A stretch of 64,000 nt of DNA from contig CAWDXG010000004.1 of assembly GCA_963806225.1 (NCBI GenBank), forward strand, positions 3,552,001-3,616,000, written 5' to 3'. The notes below the pieces were generated by a model. That model did no database searches. It was not told where the DNA came from and saw nothing but the letters and a program-made list of their open reading frames with translations. How positions within the stretch are numbered: position 1 is the stretch's first letter; every line of letters starts with the position of its first letter. This document shows, piece by piece, positions 1 to 12,521 of the stretch. The position numbers and the translations under genes are program-made. This stretch comes from an uncultured delta proteobacterium (GTDB lineage: Bacteria; Myxococcota_A; Polyangia; Polyangiales; Polyangiaceae).

Positions 1-1257
1 GCCTTCCTGAAGCTGAAGGCGCACACCATGCTGGGCGGCATCAGCTACCGCGACATGAACGAGGCGATGCTGGCCGAACCGGAGAAGTCGTGGTCGGGCC
101 CGCTCATCACGTTGCTCGGTGCCGAGATCAAACCGCCCAAGAACGCCAAGGATCACGACGCGGTGGACAACTACCGTGACCAGCTGTTCTGGCAGACCAC
201 GTCCGCCGAGGTGCTCGGCCAGCTGAAGGATGCCAGCGCGGTCCAGCCGCTGATGAAGGTGATGCTCGACCCCTCCAAGGGCGACGTGCAGGCGACGGCG
301 GTTCTCGCGCTCGTGAAGATCGGCCAGCCTGCCGTGGACGCTGCGGTCAAGCTCCTGCAGGACAAGGACGACAAGCTCGCCGCGTTCGCGCTCCGCCGCA
401 TCAAGGAAGTCACCGGCGCGAAGAAGGAGCCGAAGAACCAGCCGTACATCCAGACGGCCGCGCTCATCCTCGGCACCATCGGTCGTCCGTCTGCCCTGCA
501 GCCGATGATCGACGCGCTCGGGAACACGAAGAACGAGACGAACAAGGCGGTCATCGCGCGCGAGATCACGAAGATCCCCGCCACGCCGGAGTCGAAGAAG
601 GCGTTCGAGCAGGCCTACGAGTCGATCTCGATCGACACGGTCCTGCCGCCGCAGGGCAACAGCGCGCTGCAGGCGCTCACCGAAGCGGCAAGCTCGTTCT
701 ACGACCCGGGCATGGTCGACTGGCTGCTCGGCCGCGCCGAGAACACCAAGGGCGGCGCCGAGGACAAGAAGGCGCTGCAGGGCACGATCACCGTCACGGT
801 GCTCAAGCTCGTGAAGCCGGACCAGCTCGGCAAGGCCAAGGGGGCCGTCGACAAGTACGGCACGAAGATCGAGAAGGACGCCTACGCGCACACCGACAAG
901 ATCCTCAAGGCGTGCGGAGAGCGGGTGTCCTGCTACCTGGCCGCGATCGAGAAGAGCGAGAACCAGGAGCAGAAGTCGCAGTTTGCCGGCATCAAGGCGG
1001 GCTACATGATCGGCATCCTGGGCAACGAGCAGACGGTGGACGAACTGGTCAAGCGGCTCGGCTCGATCGACAACGCCGCGGTCCGCTACACCGCGTCGCA
1101 GAGCATCGACCATCTGCTGCCGAAGGGTTCGACCAAGGTTGCCGACGAGCTCGAGAAGATCATCGACAAGAACCAGAAATCGGCCGACCGCGACAAGATC
1201 ATGGGTGACGCGCCGCTCAAGCAGGTGATGTACCGCATCCGCACCCGGGCGCAGTAG
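1..1257 (+). CDS. HEAT/PBS-lyase repeat protein, 5'-truncated by the window edge
   Basis: Frame is open from base 1 (GCC TTC CTG AAG...). Repeated helical motifs: AEVLGQLKDASAVQPL, ALVKIGQPAV, LILGTIGRPSALQPMIDAL, AVRYTASQSI. Confidence 0.7.
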   Translation, partial: AFLKLKAHTMLGGISYRDMNEAMLAEPEKSWSGPLITLLGAEIKPPKNAKDHDAVDNYRDQLFWQTTSAEVLGQLKDASAVQPLMKVMLDPSKGDVQATAVLALVKIGQPAVDAAVKLLQDKDDKLAAFALRRIKEVTGAKKEPKNQPYIQTAALILGTIGRPSALQPMIDALGNTKNETNKAVIAREITKIPATPESKKAFEQAYESISIDTVLPPQGNSALQALTEAASSFYDPGMVDWLLGRAENTKGGAEDKKALQGTITVTVLKLVKPDQLGKAKGAVDKYGTKIEKDAYAHTDKILKACGERVSCYLAAIEKSENQEQKSQFAGIKAGYMIGILGNEQTVDELVKRLGSIDNAAVRYTASQSIDHLLPKGSTKVADELEKIIDKNQKSADRDKIMGDAPLKQVMYRIRTRAQ

Positions 1258-1312
1258 GCACCGGGTCGCACTCGCCGGCTCCGCGGCAGCCCCGGCCGCG
1301 GAGCGGCGCACC

Positions 1313-3283
<1,971 letters not shown>

Positions 3284-3314
3284 CGCGTCCTCCAGGCCGG
3301 CTGTTCACGGCGCT

Positions 3315-4793
3315 TCAGCGCTCGGTGGAAGCTCTGGGCTTGGGGCGACCGTCTTCCGGCAGCTCGTGGGAATAGGTGATGATCCCTTTCCGCTTGTCGT
3401 CGATCACCATGCGGCAGCGATTAGGCAGAGTTCCGTGCGTTCCTCCGTCCAGCGTGCACACGGCTTTCTGCTTCTCGTCCTCCGACGCGAAGCAGTCGCA
3501 AGACTGGTCCGGCTTCGCTTTGAAGCAGGGCGTATCGGGAAGGACGGCGTAATGCCGGCGCTTGGCGGCGAGCGTCACCCGCGCCGGTAGGCTCCCCTGG
3601 GCGTAGCTCGCCGCGAGTAGCGCGTGCGGCCAGTCTTGTTGCGTGTGGCGCCAGCCGTTCCGATCCAGGGCGCGAGCACGCACCTTGCCGGGGATCTTCT
3701 GGTCAAGCTCGGCCTGGGTACAGAGATGCTGGTTCTTGTCGCTGCCGCAGTCGTAGCCCAGTCTGCACCAGTTCTGGTCCAGGCGCTGGGTCACGCCCTC
3801 GCAGTGCGTGCGCGTCAGTGCGAGCACCTGCAAGACCCCCACCTCGTAGGCACCCCCCGGGTATGACCGGGCAGGAGCACGTTCCAGGATGTCGCAGGCC
3901 AACGCGCCCACCTGATCGGCGTGCAGAAGCGCCAGGCGAGCCAGCAGCACGACCAGCACGAGCTCTGCCTCCGCGGGCGCGCCAACCAGCTGCTTGGCGC
4001 GCGCAAGGTAGACCGGCTTCAAGTCGGTATCGAGGGAAGGCACATGCCACAAGGCCCGGCGGATCAAGTCGAGAGGCGGCCGCTCCTGCTCGAGTCGCTC
4101 GCGCAGCCCGGCGTCCAGTTTCTTCCGCGCGGCAGCGGACAGGAGCTCGTAGCCGAGCTCCCAACCGTCGTACGCTTTCGAGTTCTTCCTGTCCTCGTAG
4201 GCAAGCTCCGGGAACGGAGGATACGAAAAGTCCGACGCTTGCAGCAGCAGCTTGCCCAGCGCCGCGTCGCCACCTCGCAGCTTCACTTCCCGGTACACGT
4301 GCGAGGGAGCCGGGGTCACCTCGTTGAGCAAGCAGTGGAGCAATCGTGGCGCGACGGCCGGAAGCGCCGGCATATGCGCGAAGTCTGGCCTGGGACCCGA
4401 ACCGAGCACGCTGCCACAATAGGGGAGCGCATACGGCCCACTCTTCGCCAGATACGCCAGGCTCCAGGGCTTCGACGGCTCGCAGCGATAGGCGACCGCT
4501 TCCTTCGTAGCAGCGAGCTCGGGGTGCGGTTCCCAGCAGCCCGCGTCGAAGCTGACGCTCGGCTTCTGCTGGACCGTGATGATTCCACTCTCGGAAAGGC
4601 CGCCCAGGCGCCCGCCCCCGGTGAAACGTCGCTGGTACTCCCATTTGATCGGGAGGGGATCGTCCAGCGTCGCCACCGTCTTGGTCTTGTTGCAGCACTG
4701 CACCAGGCTGGCGCCGACGACCATCGCCGCGAGCAGCGCGTCGCGACGCGGAACGGCGCGCCGACGCGTGCACTCCCTCGTGCCAGCCACCAC
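3315..4793 (-). CDS. Hypothetical exported/lipoprotein
   Basis: 492-aa ORF filling the gap between genes; basic N-terminus plus hydrophobic stretch ending in Cys (LLAAMVVGASLVQCC). No family recognised. Confidence 0.6.
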   Translation of the reverse strand: MVAGTRECTRRRAVPRRDALLAAMVVGASLVQCCNKTKTVATLDDPLPIKWEYQRRFTGGGRLGGLSESGIITVQQKPSVSFDAGCWEPHPELAATKEAVAYRCEPSKPWSLAYLAKSGPYALPYCGSVLGSGPRPDFAHMPALPAVAPRLLHCLLNEVTPAPSHVYREVKLRGGDAALGKLLLQASDFSYPPFPELAYEDRKNSKAYDGWELGYELLSAAARKKLDAGLRERLEQERPPLDLIRRALWHVPSLDTDLKPVYLARAKQLVGAPAEAELVLVVLLARLALLHADQVGALACDILERAPARSYPGGAYEVGVLQVLALTRTHCEGVTQRLDQNWCRLGYDCGSDKNQHLCTQAELDQKIPGKVRARALDRNGWRHTQQDWPHALLAASYAQGSLPARVTLAAKRRHYAVLPDTPCFKAKPDQSCDCFASEDEKQKAVCTLDGGTHGTLPNRCRMVIDDKRKGIITYSHELPEDGRPKPRASTER

Positions 4794-4877
4794 CGGATCC
4801 TTGTACCACGGGAACGCCGAGCGCTGGCCGCCCCCACCCCGATCCCCCTTGTCGTCTTCAAGGCTTCCCGTTCGATC

Positions 4878-5462
4878 CTACCCCGCCAACTTTCCGAGCT
4901 CGTCGAGGACGAGCTTTGCGTTCTGTCGCGGATCGACGTTGGGCATCACCTTGGCGATCCTGCCCTGCTTGTCGATGATGAACGTGTAGCGCATGTCGTG
5001 CCCGTTCTTGACGGGGACGCCGTAGGCCTTCGCGATCCTGTGCTCGGTGTCGGGCAGCAGGCGGAAGGTCAGGTCGTTCTTGCTGGCGAAGGCGCGGTGC
5101 GAGACGTTGTCGTCGGCCGAGACGCCGAGCACGACCGCCTGCTGCTTCTTCAGCGCCACCTGGGCGTCGCGCAGCCCCTGTGCCTCGGCGGTGCAGCCCG
5201 GCGAGTCGTCCTTCGGGTAGAAGTACAGAACGACAGGCCGGCCCTTGTACCGCGAGAGCTCTACGCGCTCGCCGGTGTGGGCCACGGCTTCGAGCGCCGG
5301 CGCCGGATCGCCGGCCGCGAGCGGCTTGTCGGGGCTCCTCAACTGGTGCGCCTGGACCACGGCCGACGGCACCGCCGGCGGCTGTTGCTGGGGCTTTTCT
5401 TGCTTCTTGCAGGCTACCAGGGCGAGGGCCGCGCAGCCGATCAGGACGAGTCGCGTTGCCAT
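4878..5462 (-). CDS. bcp: Peroxiredoxin (BCP/PrxQ family) with lipoprotein signal
   Basis: VVLYFYPKDDSPGCTAEA active site, GVSADD, RYTFIIDKQG; signal MATRLVLIGCAALALVAC. Confidence 0.9.
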   Translation of the reverse strand: MATRLVLIGCAALALVACKKQEKPQQQPPAVPSAVVQAHQLRSPDKPLAAGDPAPALEAVAHTGERVELSRYKGRPVVLYFYPKDDSPGCTAEAQGLRDAQVALKKQQAVVLGVSADDNVSHRAFASKNDLTFRLLPDTEHRIAKAYGVPVKNGHDMRYTFIIDKQGRIAKVMPNVDPRQNAKLVLDELGKLAG

Positions 5463-5516
5463 GGGGCGAACCTTGAACAGGATCCGCCCACGCGCAACCC
5501 GTTCGATCGCCGAAAG

Positions 5517-8500
5517 CTACTGGATCCCGTACTCGCGGAGGCGGCGGTAGAACGTGCGGCGCGGGATACCGCTCAGCTCGGCCGCCTTGACGCGGTTCCA
5601 GTTGCAGGCCCTGAGCGCCTCGAGGATGCGCTCGCGCTCTTCGCGACGGTGCTGCGAGAGCGTGCTGCGCCGGCGCCGGACCGTACGCGAACCGCTCGGT
5701 TCGGTCGTCCGCGGCTCGCTGGAAGCCGCAGGGGCCCTGGACACCGGCGCCAGGCCGTCCGGAAGATCCGAGATCGGCCGCTTCCAGCTCCGGTCGATCG
5801 CTGAGCACCCACGCGTTCAAGAGAACGTGCTCGAGCTGCCGGACGTTGCCGGGCCAGTCGTAACCGGCGAGGCGGCGCATGGCGTCGCGCGTCAGCTTCT
5901 TCCGGTCGCGCTTGTAGCGCGCAGCGAAGAGCCCCAGGAAGTGGTCGACCAGCTGCGCGATGTCCTCGGGCCGCTCGCGCAGCGGAGGCAGTCTGAGCTC
6001 GACCACGTGGATGCGGTAGAACGAGATCCTCGCGGAACTGACCGGCTTCGACCAGCTCCGACAGCTCGCGGTTGGTCGCGAACAGAAGACGCACATCCAC
6101 CAGCTCTTCCCGCGTGCCGCCGACGGGGCGCACCCGGCGCTCCTGCAGAACGCGCAGCATGCCCGCCTGCATCTTGTGCGGCATCTCCCCGATCTCGTCG
6201 AGCAGCACGGTGCCGCCCTCGCCCTCGCGGAACAGCCCCTTGCGGTCCCGGTCGGCGCCGGTGAACGCGCCCTTCACGTGGCCGAACAGCTCGCTCTCCA
6301 GCAGGTTCTCGGGGATCGCACCGCAGTTGACGCCCAGGAAACGCCCGCTCGCCCGCAGCGACGCGTTGTGGATGGCGCGCGCCACGACCTCCTTGCCCGT
6401 CCCGCTCTCGCCGGTGATGAGCACGGGAACGTCCGTGTCCTTCACGCGCTCCATCAACGCGTACACGCGTCGCATGGCCTCGCTGGTACCGACCAGCCCC
6501 TGGTAGCCGAAGTGGCCGAGCAGCGTGTCGCGCGCGTCGCGCAGGCGCTTGCGCGCGCGCTTCAGCTTGGCGGTGCGGTCGCCGAGCAGCTCGCGCAGCC
6601 GCTCCTGCGCCTCGTACAGCTCGGCATTCGCGACCTCCAGCTCGTCGGCGCGCCGGCGGTTCTCGCCCACCAGGCGCGCCGTCTCGATCGCGATCGCCAC
6701 CTGGTCAGCGAAGGCGCGCAGCGTCGGCAGCTCGCGCTGGAAGTGCTGGCCCGGGCGCACGCGCGTTTCGACGTAGAGCGCGCCGATGGGCGCACCGGAC
6801 GGCGCCGCGATCGGCACGCAGGCGACGGACTGCAACATCAGCTGGTGCACCGAGGCGTAGCTCTTCATGCGCGCGTCGTCGCGTGCGCTCGAGGTCACGA
6901 TCGGCTCACCCTTCGCAATCACGTCCTCGGCGATGGACCGCGAGAATTCGGCATGCGGCTCGTCGCCGGCGCGCGAGCGCGACGTGTGCACCGTGAGCGT
7001 TCCGTCGTCCTCGCACAGCAGGACGAAGCCGCGCTCGGCGCGCAACAGCTCCACGGCGTGGTCCGTAACGCGCGCGGTGAGGCGACCGAGGTCGAGCTCC
7101 CCGGCCAGCTCGGCATTCACCTCGAGGATGCGCGCGAGCCGCTGTTCGAGCGGCGTGCTGGTCATGCTGGAGATGCTGGGCGGACCAGGCGACGCCAGCG
7201 TACTCGGCGCGTGGGGCGTGGTGCCCAGTCTATCGGACTGCGGGCGCACGTCGAACGGCGCCTGGTCCGTCGCCGCGTTCGCGATGGAAACCTGCACCGA
7301 GGCGCGCAGCAGACGGCGGCGAGGATCGTTCCAGTACACCTCCCGGAGGTCGCGCGGCAGGCGCGCTCCGATCCCCTCCAGCGTCGCCAGCGCCTCCTCA
7401 CGATCGCGACGCGCCAGCAGCGGCTGGCCGCCGGCTTCCTCCAGCTCGGCGCGCGCCTCCAGCGCCCTCCACACCCATTCGCGTTCCTTGCTGTCGCGGG
7501 CCGCGGCCAGCGCTTCATCCAGACGCGAGCGCGCCAGGGTCTCGTCGCCCGCCAGCAATGCGACACGTGCCGTCGCCAGCAGCAACAGCGGTCGGTGCGC
7601 GGCGGCGGAACCGAGATCCTCGCGGGCTCGCTCCAGCTGGCGCCTGAGCGCTACCACGTCCGGATTGATCCCCCGCGCCGCGACCAGCACGCCCTCGAGG
7701 CGCACCTCGGACGAGTCCACGCTGCGCCCGAGCGCGTCGTACGCCGCAGCGCACGCTTCGTATTCGCGCGCCGCCTGCTCGATGTGCCCGAGCCGCCCCG
7801 AGAGCTCCGCCCCGAGACCGGCCAGCTGGGCCCGCATCACCGGCGGCAGTTGCGAGCGCTGCGCGTCGAGCGCCTCGATGCTTTCCCGCGCACGCGACAG
7901 CCGCCCGAGATACAGGTCGGTGTTGGCGAGGTTCAGGAGCGCATAGCGAGTCGTGGAGCGGCGCCCGGAGCGACGCCCCATGTCGACCGCCGCCTCGAAG
8001 TGTTCGATGGCGCCGGCAATGTCGCCCCCCATCTTCTGCAGGCCGGCGAGGTTGAGTTGCAGCGTGGCCAGGAGACCGGCTTCGCTGGCGCGTTCGGCGG
8101 CCGAGATACCGCGCTCGTAGGCGGAGCGAGCCGGTTCGATCCGACCGGTGCGCTGCAGCGCGAGGCCCAGGGTCGTGAGCGCTACGGCTTCGACGCGCGG
8201 CGCATCCCGGGCCTGCTCGACCGAGCGCTCCAGTACGGCGATCGCCTCGTCGTGCTGTCCCAGGAAGGACAGCGCGAGACCCTGGTAGGCCAGGGCCTCG
8301 GCGCCGAGCGCTCCCGCCTTTCCGACCAGCGGCTCGAGCAGCTCGAGCGCCCGGGCGTACTCGCCGGTGCCAACGTGGGCGCGCGCGAAAACCAGAGCCC
8401 AGGTCAGCGCCGCGTCGGAGCCGGGCTCGCGTTCCGCCAGCGGCTGGACGCTCCGCAGACGCTCGAGCGCGGCGGGCGCTTCGCCCAGGCCGAGATCCAG

Positions 8501-9982
8501 CCGCGCGCGGGCGACGGCCAGAAGCAGGGAATCGTCCGACGCAGGAAGCGCATCGAGCGCGGTTCGTGCGTCGTTGAAGCGCCCGCGGTCGAGGAAGAAC
8601 AGGGCGCGCTCGAGCGGATCGGCGGGCAGCGAGGAGGGCACGCCCGCTTCGTCCTCGGCGATCACGCGTTCGAAGTCCTCGTCGGACGCCACCGCCGCGG
8701 AGGCGAGACGATGCACCAGACGGCGCAGCTCGCCCGGACGGCAGCGCGAGTGGTCCAGAACGCGCTCGAGCAGATGGTCGGTGAGCGAGGGAATGCTGCG
8801 GCGCACGAGATCCGCAGCGGCATGCCGCTCGAGCGGCGGCACCTCGAACCGGCGCGGGTCGTCGCCGAGCCACGCGCCCGAGACGGTCACGATACACGCT
8901 CCGGCAGCGCAGAGCTCGAGCAGCGCTGCGACGCTGGCGCGGTCGAGCGCATCGGCGTCATCCACGAGCATCGTCAGACCGGCGGCGTCCGCGTGGGCAC
9001 CGAGCTCCGCCTGGATCGCAGCGGGGTTGCCCTTCAGTGACTCGTCGATCCAGAGCAGCCGGCCGCCCTCGATGCCGAGCGACCACGCAACCCGCCGGAG
9101 CAGCGTGGTCCGACCGGAGCCGGCCGGTCCCTCGATGGCGAGCGCGGCGCCGGGAGAGAGCGCGTCCACCGCCGCGAGCAGCTGCGCCGAGGTGCGTTCG
9201 ATGCCGACCACGGGCCACGGCGCCTGATCGGCGGCATGGTCCTGCTCGCCGGCGAGGTGCGCTACGCGGCGCAGGGCACTGGCAAACTCGTCAGCTGAAG
9301 GAAAGCGCGCGCTCGGGTCCTCGGCGGTTGCGCGCCCGACGACAGCGGACAGCTCCCGGCGCAAGCGCGGCTCCAGCCGCTTCTTCATCGCGCGCACGGC
9401 ATCGTCGAGAGCGACACCGAGCGCGTACACCTCTGCTCTCACCGTCAGCGGTCCACCTTCGAACAGCTCCGGCGCGGCGTACTTGGGCGTCAGCCCTTCC
9501 GCCGGCGCGCCCGATTCCTGCCACGGCGCAGCCAGACCGAGATCGACCAGCGTGGCGCGTCCGTCCGGCTCGACGATGATGTTCGCGGGCTTCACGTCTC
9601 CGTGCAGAAGCCCGGCCCGGTGCAATACCGTGAGCTGCTCGGCCGCACGCGCGAGCGCGTCGAGGGCGCTCTCCCCGCCGCGCTCGATCAGCGCGTGCAG
9701 GCTCTCGCCCTCGACCAGCTCGCGCAGCATGAACGGCCGCCCACTGCCCGGCAGCCTCCCGAAGCGCACGACCCGGGGTACCCCGAGTCCCTCCAGACCG
9801 GAGAGCGCGACGGCTTCGCGCACCAGCGCCGCCATCTCCCGCTCGCTCGCCTCTTCGGCCAGCACCTTGAGCGCCAGGCGAGCGTCGGTGTGCCGATCCC
9901 GGACCACCCAGACTTCCCCGCCGCCGCCTTTGCCGAGTTCCGACAGCGGCTCGTAGCGTGCAGGTAGCTCGAGCTCGGGCAC
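5517..9982 (-). CDS. Ser/Thr kinase-NTPase-TPR-GAF-sigma54 AAA+-HTH fusion (~1487 aa after correcting two +1 frameshifts near 6023 and 5770)
   Basis: Kinase [28 protein letters not shown]-loop [11 protein letters not shown]-like helices; [22 protein letters not shown] continues in another frame as [16 protein letters not shown], then in a third as [30 protein letters not shown] before the GTG start. Confidence 0.9.
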
Positions 9983-9996
9983 GCCCCTCCTTCAGG

Positions 9997-10875
9997 CTAG
10001 AGCCCGTAGTCGGCGCCGAGGCCCACGAAGAAGCCGCTGGTGCCGAAACCGGCGTCGAGCCTTGCCACGAAGTGTTTCGTGGGCTTGAAGCGGAACCCGG
10101 TCTGCAGCGCCAACCAGGGGAACAGGATCGGCTTGGAGCCGCCGTTCGCCCAGCTGGGCTCGCTGTAGTTGTTGTAGTGGTCGTTGTCGCTGCCGCAGTA
10201 GTTCGCGTCCGGATTGCCCGCGGAATTGCAGGGCTGGTACGTGCCGTTTGCGTCCTTGTACGCCTGCACGCGGTGCAGATCGCCGAACACGATACCGAAG
10301 CCGGCGCCGATGCCGTAGTTGAGCGCGAACTCGGGACTGAAGTCCGTGCTCCACAGGAAGTCCGCCTTCAGGTTGATCATCTTCAGGTTGCTGGTGACGA
10401 TCTCCCAGGCGTTCTCCGGGTCGGAGCTCGACTTGATGGGCGTCGGATCCATCTGGTACGAGGCGTAGGTCACCGAGAAGTCGTATTCGAAGCCATCCTT
10501 GCGGATGGCGAACTCGGGACCGAAATCGTGCACATACACGGTGCGCCCGCCGTCGGCGCCGAACATGTTGATCATGAACTTCGGCACGATGATCCCGCGG
10601 TAGCGCAGGCCCACGAAGCGATACACCTGACCCGGATGCTCGAGCGGCGAGTTGCCCTGCTCGGCGTCCTGGACAATGGCTTCCTTGTTGGTCGCCCCAC
10701 TCGCGTCTTCCGGAGGCGGCGCGTCCGCGGCGCCGGCTGCGTCCGTTGTTCCGGACTGCGAGTCGTCGGCCGGCGCGCCCGTGTCACCAGGCTCCTGGGC
10801 CTTCACGTTGGTCGTGGCAAAGACGGCGCAGGCGATCACCCCGGCGCCAAGCATCGAAAGAGAGCGAGCATGCAT
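9997..10875 (-). CDS. Putative outer-membrane beta-barrel protein
   Basis: GGAGG RBS before ATG 10875; signal peptide; acidic linker; amphipathic beta strands; C-terminus FFVGLGADYGL. Ends 15 bp upstream of the kinase-EBP gene (likely co-transcribed). Confidence 0.65.
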   Translation of the reverse strand: MHARSLSMLGAGVIACAVFATTNVKAQEPGDTGAPADDSQSGTTDAAGAADAPPPEDASGATNKEAIVQDAEQGNSPLEHPGQVYRFVGLRYRGIIVPKFMINMFGADGGRTVYVHDFGPEFAIRKDGFEYDFSVTYASYQMDPTPIKSSSDPENAWEIVTSNLKMINLKADFLWSTDFSPEFALNYGIGAGFGIVFGDLHRVQAYKDANGTYQPCNSAGNPDANYCGSDNDHYNNYSEPSWANGGSKPILFPWLALQTGFRFKPTKHFVARLDAGFGTSGFFVGLGADYGL

Positions 10876-10937
10876 GTGCAGACCTCCAGTTGTCGTCCCG
10901 GACTGGCCGGAACGCCCCACGAGCGGCGGAGACAAGC

Positions 10938-10993
10938 TGTGCCAACCAGACGTGCCAGTCGGCGGCGCCGATTGTGCCACGCCAGTGTGCCAG
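10938..10993. promoter_or_regulatory. Array of four GTGCCA boxes in a divergent promoter region
   Basis: GTGCCA at 10939, 10952, 10974 and 10987 (spacing 13/22/13), forming two copies of TGTGCCA-N5-YGTGCCAG. Confidence 0.55.
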
Positions 10994-11032
10994 CTTGCAA
11001 AAGGCTAGCGATTCTGGGATATTTTGGCCAAA

Positions 11033-12148
11033 ATGATCCTCCACAGTCAGGTCGTCGAGCAGGCGATCGACAGCGACGAGCGGGGGCACTTCGTCAAGCA
11101 GCTGGTCCTGGCCCGGGGCGCCGAGCCTATTGCGATGGTGCGCAAGCGCCTGGCGCGGCTCCCCGAGAGCGGCACTACGACCTGGCGCGATCCAGACAGC
11201 GTGGCGGCGCCGACGCGCGCCACGCTGCTCTTGATCCACGGCTACGCGCAGAATCGACACGCTTTCCACCTGCCCTCGCGCAGCATGGTCAATTACCTGG
11301 CCCGGGCGGGGTTCGACGTTTTCAATATCGACCTCAGAGGCCGCGGGCGCAGCGCCCACCTCGGCGCCAAGCGGCCGCTCGGGGTGCTCGACTTCGTGCG
11401 CGAAGATGTCCCAGCGGCCCTGGACGAGATCCGGAAGATATCCGGGCCGCGGCCGGTGTACCTGGTGGGTCACTCGCTGGGCGGCGTCGTCAGCTACTGC
11501 GTGGCCGTGGAGCACCGCGAGCGGATAGCGGGCGTGATCACGCTGGGCTCGCCGTATCACTTCACGCTCGGCTCGCGCTGGCTGGCGGGGGCGAGCGTCG
11601 CGTTCGTGGCGCTGGATCGGCGCTTCCGGCTGCCGAACCTCCCGGTTCCGTCGAAGGCCTACGGTTCCTTCGTACGGGTCAGCAAGCGCTTCATCGACAG
11701 CCCGTTCTACCCGATCCCGGTGCGCGGCTTCCACCGCGGCAGCATGGAGCCCCAGGTGCTCGACGAGCACATGTCGCTGGCGATGGACCGCGGAAGCATC
11801 ACGACCATGCGCGCCATGTTCCGCTGGGCCACGCAGGTCAGGGGGCTCCGGGCCGGGCGGCGGGAAGCGCTGTTCGGCTACGGCTCGCGCTTCGAGGCGC
11901 TCGATCTGCCGCTGCTCGTCATCGCGGGCAAGTACGACGACCTCGCCGCACCGGCCTCGGTGAAGCCCGCCTACGACGCGTCACGCTCGCCCGACAAGAC
12001 CTACCGGAAGCTGCCCTTCGGCCACATCGACCTGCTCGTGGGGCGCGAGGCGCCACAGATAACGTGGCCGCTCATCGAGTCGTGGGTCTCGCGCCGCGCC
12101 GGCGCCCACACCGGTGACACCGAGCCGGACAGCGAAGAAGCAGCCTAG
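11033..12148 (+). CDS. Alpha/beta-fold hydrolase (PhaC/lipase-like, Ser nucleophile)
   Basis: LLIHGY oxyanion region, DLRGRG, GHSLGG nucleophile elbow, AGKYDDL, FGHIDLLVG. Confidence 0.85.
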   Translation: MILHSQVVEQAIDSDERGHFVKQLVLARGAEPIAMVRKRLARLPESGTTTWRDPDSVAAPTRATLLLIHGYAQNRHAFHLPSRSMVNYLARAGFDVFNIDLRGRGRSAHLGAKRPLGVLDFVREDVPAALDEIRKISGPRPVYLVGHSLGGVVSYCVAVEHRERIAGVITLGSPYHFTLGSRWLAGASVAFVALDRRFRLPNLPVPSKAYGSFVRVSKRFIDSPFYPIPVRGFHRGSMEPQVLDEHMSLAMDRGSITTMRAMFRWATQVRGLRAGRREALFGYGSRFEALDLPLLVIAGKYDDLAAPASVKPAYDASRSPDKTYRKLPFGHIDLLVGREAPQITWPLIESWVSRRAGAHTGDTEPDSEEAA

Positions 12149-12159
12149 CGCGTCCGCGC

Positions 12160-12432
12160 TCAGTGCTCGTCGAGCTTCTTCTTCAGACGGGCGACGTCGG
12201 CCTCGAGGTTCTTCACCTGGCGCTTGAGCGCCTTGAACTCCTCCAGGGTCGGTAGGCGCATGCCCTTGGCGAAGCGCTCGGTCTGCTCGGTGGTGAAGGT
12301 GTTGACCTTCCCGGGCACCTGCACGAGCGCCATCATGGCCTTCATGAACTGCTCGTTCTGCATCAACTTGGCGACGCGCGGGTCGCCCATCAGCTGCATG
12401 CCCTTCTTCTGGATATTGTCCTTGATGCCCAT
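12160..12432 (-). CDS. Small coiled-coil protein, phasin/PhaE-tail-like
   Basis: 3' part of the 352-aa ORF has normal composition from MGIKDN; the C-terminal LPTLEEFKALKRQVKNLE resembles granule-associated protein tails. Confidence 0.6.
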   Translation of the reverse strand: MGIKDNIQKKGMQLMGDPRVAKLMQNEQFMKAMMALVQVPGKVNTFTTEQTERFAKGMRLPTLEEFKALKRQVKNLEADVARLKKKLDEH

Positions 12433-12521
12433 GTCCGCCTCGTGCTCGGGCGCAGCCCTCCGCTGCGCGCTCGAGGCTAGATAGCGCTCCCCGCCACGCG
12501 AGCGCAACATTCCCGACGGCC

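Noticed and set aside
5765..6030. Programmed ribosomal frameshifting
   Set aside because: No slippery heptamer or homopolymer; two successive events would be needed; sequencing error is simpler.
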